Part shown: positions 54,117 through 64,000 of the stretch, piece after piece | Numbering within the stretch: position 1 is the stretch's first letter | How the letters are laid out: the number at the start of each line of letters is the position of its first letter | From: Haliotis rufescens | Lineage: Eukaryota | NCBI RefSeq assembly: GCF_023055435.1 | Contig: NW_025963890.1 | Location: 27,342,001-27,406,000, forward strand | DNA length: 64,000 bases | Direction of reading: 5' to 3' | Made by a program: the position numbers and the translations under genes | Notes under the pieces: model-generated | Told to the model about the DNA's origin: nothing | Database searches by the model: none | Seen by the model: only the letters and a program-made list of their open reading frames with translations

Positions 54117-54947
54117 AAACAAGTATTTGTCACAGAGTGACGAAATATCCCCCGCCTGTACACCATAGTACCAAATATGAAGACAATCCAGCGATTAGTT
54201 CTTGAGATATTGTGGCAACACAGTTTTCCAACTCCAAAAACAGATTTGCCTGCTGTGACCTTGAAAATGGGATCAAGGTCACCAAATCTGACAGGTGTAT
54301 GCGGTGTCTGTATATACACTATAGTTCCAAATATGAAGACAATCCAGCGATTAGTTCTTGAGATATCGCGGCAACACCGTTTTCTAACTCCAAAAGCAGA
54401 TTTGCCTGCTGTGACCTTGACAATGGGGTCAAGGTCACCAAAACCGACTGGTGTCTGCGGTGTCTGTATATACACCATAGTTCCAAATATGAAGACAATC
54501 CAGTGTTTAGTTCTTGAGATATCGCGGCAACACCGTTTTCCAACTCCAAAAGCAGATTTGCCTGCTGTGACCTTTAAAATGGGATCAAGGTCACCAAAAC
54601 CGACTGGTGTCTGCGGAGTCTGTATATACACCATAGTTCCAAATATGAAGACAATCCAGTGTTTAGTTCTTGAGATATCGCGGCAACACCGTTTTCCAAC
54701 TCTAAAAGCAGATTTGTCTGCTGTGACCTTGAAAATGGGATCAAGGTCACCAAAACCGACTGGTGTCTGCGGAGTCTGTATATACACCATAGTTCCAAAT
54801 ATGAAGACAATCCAGTGTTTAGTTCTTGAGATATCGCGGCAACAAAGAGGTGGGACGTACGGACGGACGTACGGACGTACGGACGTACGTACGGACGGTC
54901 GTGAATACTATATCCCCCGCTTCGCGCTTTCGCGCGGCGGGGGATAA
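54117..54947. mobile_element. Helentron-associated non-autonomous element (HINE; DTC84/pearl-like architecture) with 156-bp tandem core
   Basis: 5' ACAAG...AATATCCCCCGCC; 156-bp units at 54159, 54315, 54471, 54627 and 54783; (GGAC/GTAC)n microsatellite at 54853-54900; 3' hairpin TATCCCCCGC...GCGGGGGATA. Nested in the Academ element. Confidence 0.85.
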
Positions 54948-55279
54948 TGATTGCAATGAACAAATGATACCGCGCTGCAGATAAGATTTGAATTATATAC
55001 ATCGTTGTTGCAATTAATTTTGCATAAATTAATAGAATTGACAAATTAATTATTATCTATTAAATATAAATTGACATCATAATGACAAGATATTTTAACC
55101 ATTGGCGGCCATTTTGGATTTTATGCCACCAGGTAGTGCTGCTGAGGTTGATGCATATCCAGAAATGGTCGGAATGGTTCAATGTATAAGTGTGCCAAGT
55201 TTGGTGCTTTTAACCCAAAGTGCTATATTTTGACTAAATCCAGCCTTAACCGCCCACGATGGCCTAGAGCGCCATCCTG

Positions 55280-56185
55280 ATTATGTTACATCTTTTTGTA
55301 ACAAGTGGTGACTTTAGAAGCAAATTTAGGAAAAAAATATGTAATGGAATTATGTTTCGGAATGGTGGTATCATCGCACGAAATGAAGCATGGACTGTTC
55401 TTGTTAAACCGGTGAAAACTACAACCTACTACACATATCTTGGAGTTATATTTTCAACGAAGTTGAAGTGGAACAAGACGTGTCAAAATCTTAAGACTCA
55501 AGCTAGAAATAAATAAAGGAAAAATAAGTTACAATTTATTTCTACAATAAAACAGTTATCCTTTTCTTGTGTGTGCAAGATACTGACTTTAAAATTTCAC
55601 CAATATTATAAAGTGCCTCTGAGGTATGGGGAATGAAAGAGCAAGAAAGTATTGAAACAGTCCACGAAGCATACCCGTGGTTAGACAGGACGTCATCGTC
55701 TGCACATATTTACTCAGATGAAAGTTGTTGAATATTGGATTAGATTTTTGAGAATGAATGAGTACAGATATCCCATCAATGTTATATTGTTCTAAGGAAT
55801 TTGGATGAAGTTGGAAACACAAATTGGACAACGGAAATAAGCTATTTTCTATTCTCCTGCGGATTTTCACTTGTATGTATTGTACAAGACGTCGGTGATC
55901 ATAAAAAAATATTATATATATTAAGATACATGTAGACCTGGTCTGATGCAGTTAGAAACTCTAACTTTTCATTGCATTACAGTGCAGTTAAAGTATCTCC
56001 CTTTGAAACAGAATCTTATATCAAAAGCCTTGAGGATCGAATCTTACGAGTTTTCTGTAAATTATCTTTACATAACTTTAATGTAAATAGATCAAGGAAA
56101 TGATCTCTTACGTAGCCATTCATATTGTCATGTAAAACTGAACTTTAGGCTATGTGGCCATACTACTGAATAAACTATTACTTAC
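55280..56185 (+). mobile_element. Highly degenerate LINE ORF2 3' region (same broad clade as 3655-4590)
   Basis: IMFRNGG...YTYLGVIFSTKLKW, a remnant of PILxYxSEVWG at ~55600, and a 3' GGC..GGCC..GAATAAAC end. Confidence 0.65.
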
Positions 56186-56539
56186 ATAGCCACGGTCACC
56201 TGACAAGGATTAAACAATGAAGATAAACAATAGAGATAATGGCGCAATGTTGTATGTTGCAATGAATATTGTCTGATGATAGTTTTTGAAAATTGATTGA
56301 GGCGCTCTTATAATGTTGACTTTGGTAGTCAAAAATGCATGACATTGTAATCGATTACTCTGATGAAATGACAGGATCATCTGCTTATTGAAATGGGTCA
56401 AAAGATGAAGCAAACACAAAAAATAATTGATTTTTTTTTTAATATGCTCGTTTACAACAAAAGCAGAAAAAGGAACGTTATAACGATAAAAAAGCGATAC
56501 ATATATCTGGTTTAATGTATATTTCTACCAGACGTCATA

Positions 56540-57295
56540 TACTGAACCGCAAAACCCCCAAGTCACACTGCATAAAAAGTTGTCATTTAAATATCTGGGT
56601 AATTTTTTGTCAAAGTTTCTAAAGTTTAACATTACCTTGTCCGGAAATTGATGATAATTGATGAAATTGATGAAAGTTGATGATAAAGAAAAGCAACAGA
56701 TGACAATAAAACAGATCGCCCAAACGCATCACGGCAACGGCCATGGTAAACCGATGCACGTGAGTTCCGTGAAAATTGAATGCGTTCCCCCATTTCTTGC
56801 CATATAAAAATCCATCCAGATCGGATAACATTCATTCGTTATTGAATCGCTACCACATGCCAAGATTGACAAGAAATCAGCGACACCAAGCCCTTGGACG
56901 ATTGCAAGGCAAATAGCCAATGCATTACAAGTCCACGTAAGGACCATATACAGGCTCCAGCAACGGTACCAGACCACCAACACTACAGATGACCGACCAC
57001 GTAGTGGAAGACCAAGGATCACCACCCGACGTCAGGATTGTCAGATTTTGCGACAACATCATCAAGATCGCTTTGTTACTGCAGCGGAAACTGCTCGACA
57101 GACCATGGGGACAAACTAGTGTGGACACCGTGCGTCGTCGATTGACGAGCAGCCATTGTCACAGGCCACACCGAGGACCCATTCTGACGCCGGGGCGGTC
57201 TTCAGTGGGCAACACAGCACCAGCATTGGCGCCACCAGCAGTGGAGAAGAGTCCTCTTCTCAGATGAGAGCCGTTACTGTATCTCAACAGCAGAT

Positions 57296-57336
<41 letters not shown>

Positions 57337-58043
57337 TGGCGACGCCGTGGAGAACGTTATTCGGATGCTTGTGTTGTTGAGAGAGACTCGTGGGGTGGTC
57401 CGAGCATCATTGTGTGGGGTGGAATTGGCCTTGCACAAAGGGTCGGCCCTGTGGTCTTCCAGAACATCGGCCCAGGGAGAGGCAATGGTGTCACAGCAGC
57501 TCGGTACATTGAGACCACACGCCATACCTCATTTGGCACGTCGCCGCAACCACGAGGTTCAGCATGATAACGCCAGAGCATTAAGAGACTTCCTCCAGCA
57601 GAATTGCATCAGAACCATGCAGTGGCCTGCCCTCAGTCTCGATTTAAATCCCATTGAGCACCTGTGGGACGTGATTCAAAGACGGCTGAATGACGTCCGA
57701 CCAAGGCCGACAACTGCAGCTGAACTGCGTCAGGCGTTTCTCAGAGTGTGGTCTCAAGTGCCTATGGCCTTCATCAACCGCCTCGTCCATTCCATGTATC
57801 GACGTTGCAAGGCAGTAAGCAATGCACATGGCGGACACACGAGATACTGACTTGTGATGCCATTTTCTCCTAGACAAGTGTTGTGTTTCACTTTAAGAAC
57901 ATTTGACACTTTAATTTCAACCTTGATGATCAGTTTTGCAAAGTGTTATCTTTTTAATATGTCTTAAAGTATGTTTACAGTGTTTGGACAAATAAGGTTT
58001 CTCATATATCTATCCATGGTGACATTTATTTTGCGGTTCAATA
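56540..58043 (+). mobile_element. Full-length but decayed Tc1 element
   Basis: TIRs TA|TACTGAACCGCAAAA and TTTTGCGGTTCAATA|TA. The transposase runs from ATG ~56857 (MPRLTRNQRHQALGRL) through FSDESR, QHDNAR and WPALSLDLNPIEHLW to GGHTRY* at 57850, with multiple frameshifts. Confidence 0.9.
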
Positions 58044-58051
58044 TAATTATA

Positions 58052-58180
58052 TACTGAGGGAAACAACAAGTGTTTTCCGGGTTTCTTCGAAAGCTTTGTG
58101 TTTCACTCTGGGTGAAAATCTAGGAATAAATAAAGGAACACTACGACGAAGTGGTGTTTCCTTATTTGTTTCCTTTAGTA
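58052..58180. mobile_element. ~130-bp Tc1/mariner-type MITE
   Basis: TA|TACTGAGGGAAACAA ... TTGTTTCCTTTAGTA|TA inverted ends. Confidence 0.7.
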
Positions 58181-58344
58181 TATGTAATATTGTGTTAAAT
58201 GAATCTGATTAGACACATACATATTCATGTGTGTACTAGGCAACTTTCATCGTTAAGTACATGTAATTCACACATAATTTATGACAGAGGGTCAGAGACA
58301 GTTCTTTTTTATATTGACTGAAGACCAACGATTTATGTACAAAG

Positions 58345-60640
58345 CTGGTCTTTAGGCCCTGATAGATAAGCATGTACGTATTCGCGCCGTCTTTGTTGTT
58401 GTTGTTCCGACAGTTGTCACCAAATGTCCTGGACTAGCATGCCTCAGAGCATGGAAGGCGTGGTTTCCTACAGCTACAACGTTTGCTGGTACATCCCCTC
58501 GTGCACCCACATGATATGATCTCACTACAACTGGATGGGGCAGGAGACAGAGAGATGAACCTTGGCACAAGTTGGCCGCCCAGGTACATCCATCCCATTT
58601 CATTCAGTGGAGGCAGACTTGGAATAGAATCATTGCGCCTTTGGTTCCAGACAGCATCTGAGGTCGATGGAAGAGTTTCTAAGGTACGACCTATACAAAA
58701 CTACTTGACTCGTGCTTTGTTGCATGTGTCTACATGCAACTCGGTCATGCGATACAACTTACAGATGAACTTCGCTGATGACATTGCGATGTTTTCTGAG
58801 AAACGACCAGTGCCGAGGCCGATCTGACCATGTCCTTGTGTAGATCTGTCATGCTTTCTCCTTGCTATGACGATTCAACTGAGATTTAGAGTTACATCCT
58901 GTCATTGCATGAAAGGCAACTATTGTGATTACTTGGTCAGCATGAAGCGACCTGTGAACTTCATACACCGGAACGTACTTTGAAGTGACAGCTTTCATGT
59001 AGAGATTTTTACATGCCATTCTGTCATAGTGTGCTAGAAGTAAAAGAATCACAGCTGTGACACGAAATGGTATGACTATCGCCTCCATATGGGCTTGGAT
59101 GCATGCAGGATTAGCCGAGTGTCCGCCTCTTCGTGATCAGCACTAAGTTATCAGACGACTTGACTGTGGTCGCGTCTGTAAATCCACCTCCTGTAATCAC
59201 TATCAGTTTATCTGCGCGGCTGTTTCCAATGAGATGATCAGAGAGAAGTAAAGCGACATCAGCTTTATTTTCCTCGAGTGCCAGGAAGTTTGACCAGTCA
59301 GATGGGAGAGGGACGAACTTACTCTCTAATTGACGAGGCACTAGTCGGTTTCACTTCTTGCGTTTGGTCCTTGTGCGTTTGATTCCTCATCCAATCAAAC
59401 CAATCAAATAATATGTCAATTCTCTGGTATTTTGCTCCCATGTTGAACAAATTGTCAACAAAAGTGTTGGCATAGTTTCCAAATGTTCTCGCACCTTGTG
59501 ACTTCCCAAGTGCCATGACCAGTAAGTGTTTGACCATCAAAGAGCAGACAGCTGGATGATATAAGTGAAAAACTTGGGGGGATTTGCAGACATTGTGTAT
59601 GTTTGCTAACACTGACTGGTTGGTAGAAAGAAGAGTTCCAATGAGTGTTGGCCAAAGGTAGTGGGACGGACATGAGTTAATGTTGTAGGATGTCATTCTC
59701 CCCTCCTTTGAAAGATGTTTCTGTCAATTTGCTTCCCCTTGACATTTTGCACAACTGCATATAGTGACACAAATGTCTTGTTCTTTGGAATTGCGGTCCT
59801 GAGAGCAACAGGTCGATATATGTGGTCTTAGATGGACGTGTGTTCACGAATGCTTTCATTTGCGCATGTTCTATGCTTTCTTTACCAAACAGAGATTCTT
59901 GGATAGGAGGAGTAACCACATCTTCGTTAATCATGTTTATGAGTGGTGTGTGATGATTGTCCTGAGGTTATAGACAGTGTCCATCTACTCAGTACAGATG
60001 CTATCCTAACGATGCCAACTAGCCTCCGCTCTTCTTTCCAGTTGCGTTTAGCCACTCAGAACTTTGATCTGCAGAAACCTGATTGAAGTACGATCGGAGC
60101 TTTTAACAACAAAGTTGTCTTGTCATTAAGGGCTTCCAGTGGGAGGAAAGACATTTCAGGCCAGAATACAGTTCCCCACATAACAGAAGTTCACTGAATG
60201 TCCGCAAGTAAAGAAGTATGGCCCTATACCTTTTCAGGCATAAAGGTACTGATCCCAAGATCAATCACGCAGCGCCCTCGTGAAGCATAGCAAGATGTTC
60301 ACCATATACATGACGTCCCACCAGAATGTAGCATTCGGACCATTCTACTACTACATTAACCATAATGTCATTCGAATTTTCATGTCTAAAAACATAGGTA
60401 CAAAAGCCCATTTCATTCAAGTTTCAAACTTATATGGTTGCATTGATATGCGAATGAATACGTTTCAACGTTTCATTGGCGGCCATTTTTTTTAATTTTG
60501 TGGTATTATCGTTCAAATTTCGGCCTGGCATACAGCACATTTGTATTTATCAGCCCTCAATACACTTATAAAGCTTGTATGCTATAAATTAACAGAAATT
60601 GCCTCCAGATTTATCAATTTCTCAAATCCGACCAAGTCTA
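58345..60640 (-). mobile_element. Second AcademX relic (transposase C-terminal part, XPG/FEN1-like nuclease, Cys-rich CXC tail)
   Basis: Minus-strand motifs FNQVSADQSSEWLNATGK, LPSDWSNFLALEENKAD, DHEEADTRLILHA, AFHAMTGCNSKS...KEKA and C-terminal ISCGC..GC....CSCRK..LPC...C. Probable terminus ...CCAAGTCTA at 60640; the other terminus was not seen. Confidence 0.82.
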
Positions 60641-60693
60641 TTTAGAGTCTGCCTCTCCTGTCATAACGTTACGAGTGCAGAGGTAAATGTATA

Positions 60694-61170
60694 CACTGCG
60701 ACAAAATGAAACAAGGTAACAATTCGGACATACAAACACAGATGTGGAAACTGATCCGATCAAACTTATATGTCATGACGAGATGAAAAGCGATAGATAG
60801 ACATAAAGCGACTTATTCATTTCCATAATCATGAGAGTCCATCGTACGATTCCGACAATATCCCATACACGTTTTTATGAATCAAATCAAATTGTGATGA
60901 TACCAGGTGTTTGCGAAAAGGTGAGCTTATCTTCACTCACCGGTGGCATTCAAATTTTCACTCACCGGTGGCACCCGTCACAAACACATGCAAAGGCAAA
61001 TCGATTGTTCACTTGAAACAAAACAAGGGAACATATGTGGTACAAGTCAAAATGGGGAATTACATCCGACATCATTTTGTGACTGAGCAAGTGTCGTTTG
61101 ACGCTCTTTGCAAAACGTGCAAGCTCGCTTGTCGCTTGATAACCAATGCACAACGCATAGACCATTAAAA
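60694..61170. mobile_element. Tc1-type non-autonomous element fragment
   Basis: Starts TA|CACTGCGACAAAATGAAACAAG. The interior (60806-61090) is homologous to the insert in the 37-bp satellite (33699-33915). Right TIR not found. Confidence 0.5.
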
Positions 61171-61842
61171 TTGTATGTCCATATTAAGATCAATACTAAT
61201 CATCTTTTAAAATACCTTCGAACACTGGTTTGTATGACTAACGGCAGAGACGTGGTTGATCATTCCGAGTGCACAGGTTTTGGATAATTCCTACTGTATG
61301 AATGGTAAAAACTTCGAAATTAAGTCAGTGTTAGATTAAACTTAATGGCTGTCGCGTTCGTTTTCAAATTTTATATCAAGCTTAGCATCTTTGTCCTCTA
61401 ACTAACATCGTAAAATAATAAAATACCTGACTTAAGAGACATGTACTACTCGTGTCCGAGAGATACATACATTGAAAAGCTTTACCCAACCACTATTCCT
61501 TCCCACAAAAAACTGTAATGTGCAGTAAATGTATTTATGGCCCTCCCACCACACGACCTCTTTCCTTAAAATGTAATTTACTTTGAAATGTGTATAGAGT
61601 TCCATCAGACAACTCAGAGCTAAAGAAGCTGAAACTTCACATGCTCGTTGACACCAATTATTACACCTGAGTTTCAATATTGCGGCTTCGGCCGACTTAT
61701 GACCTTTACTTTGAAATGTAATGACAATGTAATGATACTTAGTGTATGTAGTTTGTAATGGGGTTCAACATACATATCTATGAAGTATTTCTTGTATTAG
61801 TAAAGTTTGACCTTGATGTGTCCTTTGCGCGTTGACCATATA

Positions 61843-63333
61843 AACTAATGTCCAAAAGAAACGATACCACACATTTTTCTAAATATTTTAATATGAAGAG
61901 TTATTTTCGTCTGAAAAGGTACTTTTGCGTATCCTACGTTCCAAACCAAACGTATTCGGTCGATAAAACCGGGAACATTTGATCAATTGAGAAAAAAGCG
62001 TGCAATTTGCCCAAATGACGTTCCGAAATGCACGTGCATATCTTCTGTATAAAACTGCTGACCCGACACGTTGGGATCACAGCAACAAAAAGCGCACAAA
62101 AGAAATGCCACGTTTGACAGCGATTGAGAGAGAGAGAGCCGTAGGAATGCTCCAACAGGGAGCTACGCACCGCGACGTCGCCGGAAGGTTAGGATGCGCG
62201 CGCATAACCGTCACCAGGTTAATGCAGCGGTTGCGTCAAACAGGTCGGACAGCAGACAGGCCGAGAACCGGGAGACCACGGGTGACCACGCCTATTGAAG
62301 ACCGCCACATCCGGGTACTTCACCTTCGGAACCGCTCCGTAACGGCGACGTTAACGGCACGGACGGCACTGGGACACGTGATAAGTCGACAAACCGTGTC
62401 CAGGAGACTGCGGGCACATGGTATCCGAGCACGTCGCCCCTACCGCGGAGCGTTCCTGACACCTCAACACCGACTCAACAGACGGATATGGGCCAGGCGA
62501 CTTCGACGGTGGCAACGGTGGAACTGGGCACGTGTCATGTTTTCTGACGAAAGCAGATTTTGCATCTTCAGGAACGACGGCCGGCAGCGTGTGTACCGAA
62601 GAGTAGGTGAACGTTTGGCACCGAACTGCATCCATCAAATCAGGCCATATGGAGGCAGAGGTTTAATGGTTTGGGGTGGAATCTGCGGTGACGTCAAAAC
62701 GAGACTCGTCGTTATTCGAGGAAACCCGAATGCGCAGCGTTATTGTGATGACATCTTACAACCAGTTGTGGTGCCATTCATCCAATAACAGCCTAATGGT
62801 ATCATTTTCCAGCACGATAATGCGAGGCCTCACACGGCAAGGTTGACCCAGAACTTCCTAGCAAACGCCAACATTCACGTTTTACCATGGCCGGCATGTT
62901 CAGCGGACATGAACCAAATCGAACACATGTGGGACATTATCGGCCGCAAAGTCAGGAATCGCCCTGTGCCTCCAGTTAACCTCCAGGAATTGGAACAATG
63001 CCTCCTCCATGAATGGCAACGCATCCCACCCAACGTCATCAGACGTCTGACGTCATCAGCCCGTAGACGTGTACTAGCGTGTATTGACGCTCACGGTGGA
63101 CATACCCGGTACTAACGTGACTTTGAGACTAATCAACTGTGTTCAAATGAAATTTTCATTTTGGACCCCCCGCGTCTTTACAAGTCTCTCCTCATGATTG
63201 TAAAGGATTGATTACAATGAATACTGTGAAAACAGTACTCACAAGTCATATACCAATTTGAAATGTCTGTATCGTTTAGTTTTTTTGTAATGTCCTTTCA
63301 AACACGTGGTATCGTTTCTTTTGGACATTAGTT
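61843..63333 (+). mobile_element. Young full-length Tc1 (DD34E) element
   Basis: Perfect 28-bp TIRs AACTAATGTCCAAAAGAAACGATACCAC, flanked by TA at 61841-61842 and 63334-63335. Confidence 0.95.
62105..63115 (+). pseudogene. Tc1 DD34E transposase (336 codons) with a single premature stop
   Basis: MPRLTAIERERAVGML..., a GRPR AT-hook-like linker, FSDESRF and QHDNARPH, with 34 residues to NQIEH. An in-frame TAA at 62786-62788 separates the two supplied ORFs, and the frame is conserved across it. Confidence 0.92.
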
Positions 63334-63618
63334 TATTTTAATTATCTCAAAAAGGCTACCACCGTAAATACAATTATATTTGTACAACGCATTTTCAAAA
63401 TGCAAACAGCTAAGAGAGTACAAACGCTGCGTGAATGATAAGTGCAATCAGTTGTTTCACATCACATATCATGAAAAGGGTCAAGGTCAATTTCACAAGA
63501 TGAAATGCTAATGAAAGTACTTGCTTACATTTCCTCGAAATATAATAGGGCTTTTATCCTCAGACATTGTACATAACTTGGAGCCCTACTATTTAAAGGT
63601 TTTCATCAAATAGGTTCA

Positions 63619-63912
63619 GGGGCACGGATGGCCTAGTGGTCTAAGGCGCCGCGATTCGTGTGCAGAGTTGCGTCCCTTGGGCACGCCAGATTGTGGGTTC
63701 GAATCCCGGTTCGCCCCGATTATGTTTCTAGGTTTGTCAGCACCATACCCGTGCTCGTGGGTTCACCGAAGTGGTAAACGTCTGAGACCTGCATAACTTC
63801 GGGCTTTCCTCCAACATTAAGCTGACACGCCGTGATATAACTGGAATACTGTTAAAAACGGCGTTAAACCCTACTCACTCACTCACTCACTCACTCACTC
63901 ATTCACTCACTC
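63619..63912 (+). mobile_element. SINE family C, full-length, long (CACT)n tail
   Basis: Head GGCACGGATGGCCTAGTGGTCTAAGGCGCC resembles tRNA-Leu A-box context; B box GGTTCGAATCCC. TSD TCAAA(T/G)AGGTTCA at 63606-63618 and 63911-63923. Confidence 0.9.
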
Positions 63913-64000
63913 AAAGAGGTTCATGGAGAAAATGAAGTGATGTTGCTGCCTCAACTTCGCATTGATGCAAATGCTTTTCTATTCTTGAAACACTATCTCA

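Larger units (their letters stand above)
50942..55259 (-). mobile_element. Academ (AcademX-type) DNA transposon, internally deleted, long TIRs, 3-bp TSD
   Basis: ~140-160-bp inverted repeats at 50942-51085 and 55100-55259 (e.g. GCACTTTGGGTTAAAAGCACCAAA.TTGGCACACTTATACATTGAAC), starting TAG. TSD TGG at 50939-50941 and 55260-55262. Minus-strand transposase motifs VCPP...DNIYHNPCSTTA..LHGTSISLLQH, PGQ..VFALDEPLYTIAKTIQW, LHIEIVAL and FHYWTLVLEQEL. Confidence 0.88.

Noticed and set aside
54065-55044. 241-aa and 256-aa repeat proteins
   Set aside because: They are a by-product of the 156-bp tandem core of a non-autonomous HINE and were not called as CDS.
63619-63715. tRNA-Leu gene (also at 45056, 45160, 52117) and tRNA-like head at 35457
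   Set aside because: A/B boxes are present, but there is no proper cloverleaf or acceptor stem, and each continues into a SINE body with a simple-repeat tail and TSD.

Overview
Eukaryotic, repeat-dense genomic DNA. The SINE families with (CACT)n/(CAAA)n tails, a Helentron-type HINE and Academ elements point to a mollusc, probably a gastropod such as abalone; this is inferred from recalled repeat families, not from a database hit. The only host-gene signal I can support is a compact GC-box/CCAAT/TATA promoter with a short His/Pro-rich first coding exon (27592-27729, canonical GTAAGT donor). I found no later exon in the window. About 27 kb (~43%) consists of four large tandem arrays with 56-, 37-, 30- and 39-bp units, one just upstream of that exon and three in its presumed first intron; all four carry a TGACA..ACAC core, and three show higher-order repeats. 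The rest is nested, mostly decayed transposons: a MULE-like element and a pogo/Tigger element, each interrupted by an RNase H-bearing LINE; three other LINE ORF2 3' fragments; two AcademX relics; three Tc1 elements (one a single nonsense mutation from an intact DD34E ORF); MITEs; a 156-bp-core HINE; and several tRNA-derived SINEs. Most notable: (i) a satellite-embedded SINE that appears to have produced local daughters, one inserted into itself and one 7 kb away carrying a transduced satellite monomer inside its TSD; (ii) an Academ element whose subterminal repeats pair near-perfect CTCF-consensus motifs with YY1-like motifs; (iii) the shared core of the four satellites. There is no CRISPR array, rRNA or intact tRNA gene, and most ORFs in the supplied track are repeat artefacts. 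I did not find a clearly new protein-coding system.
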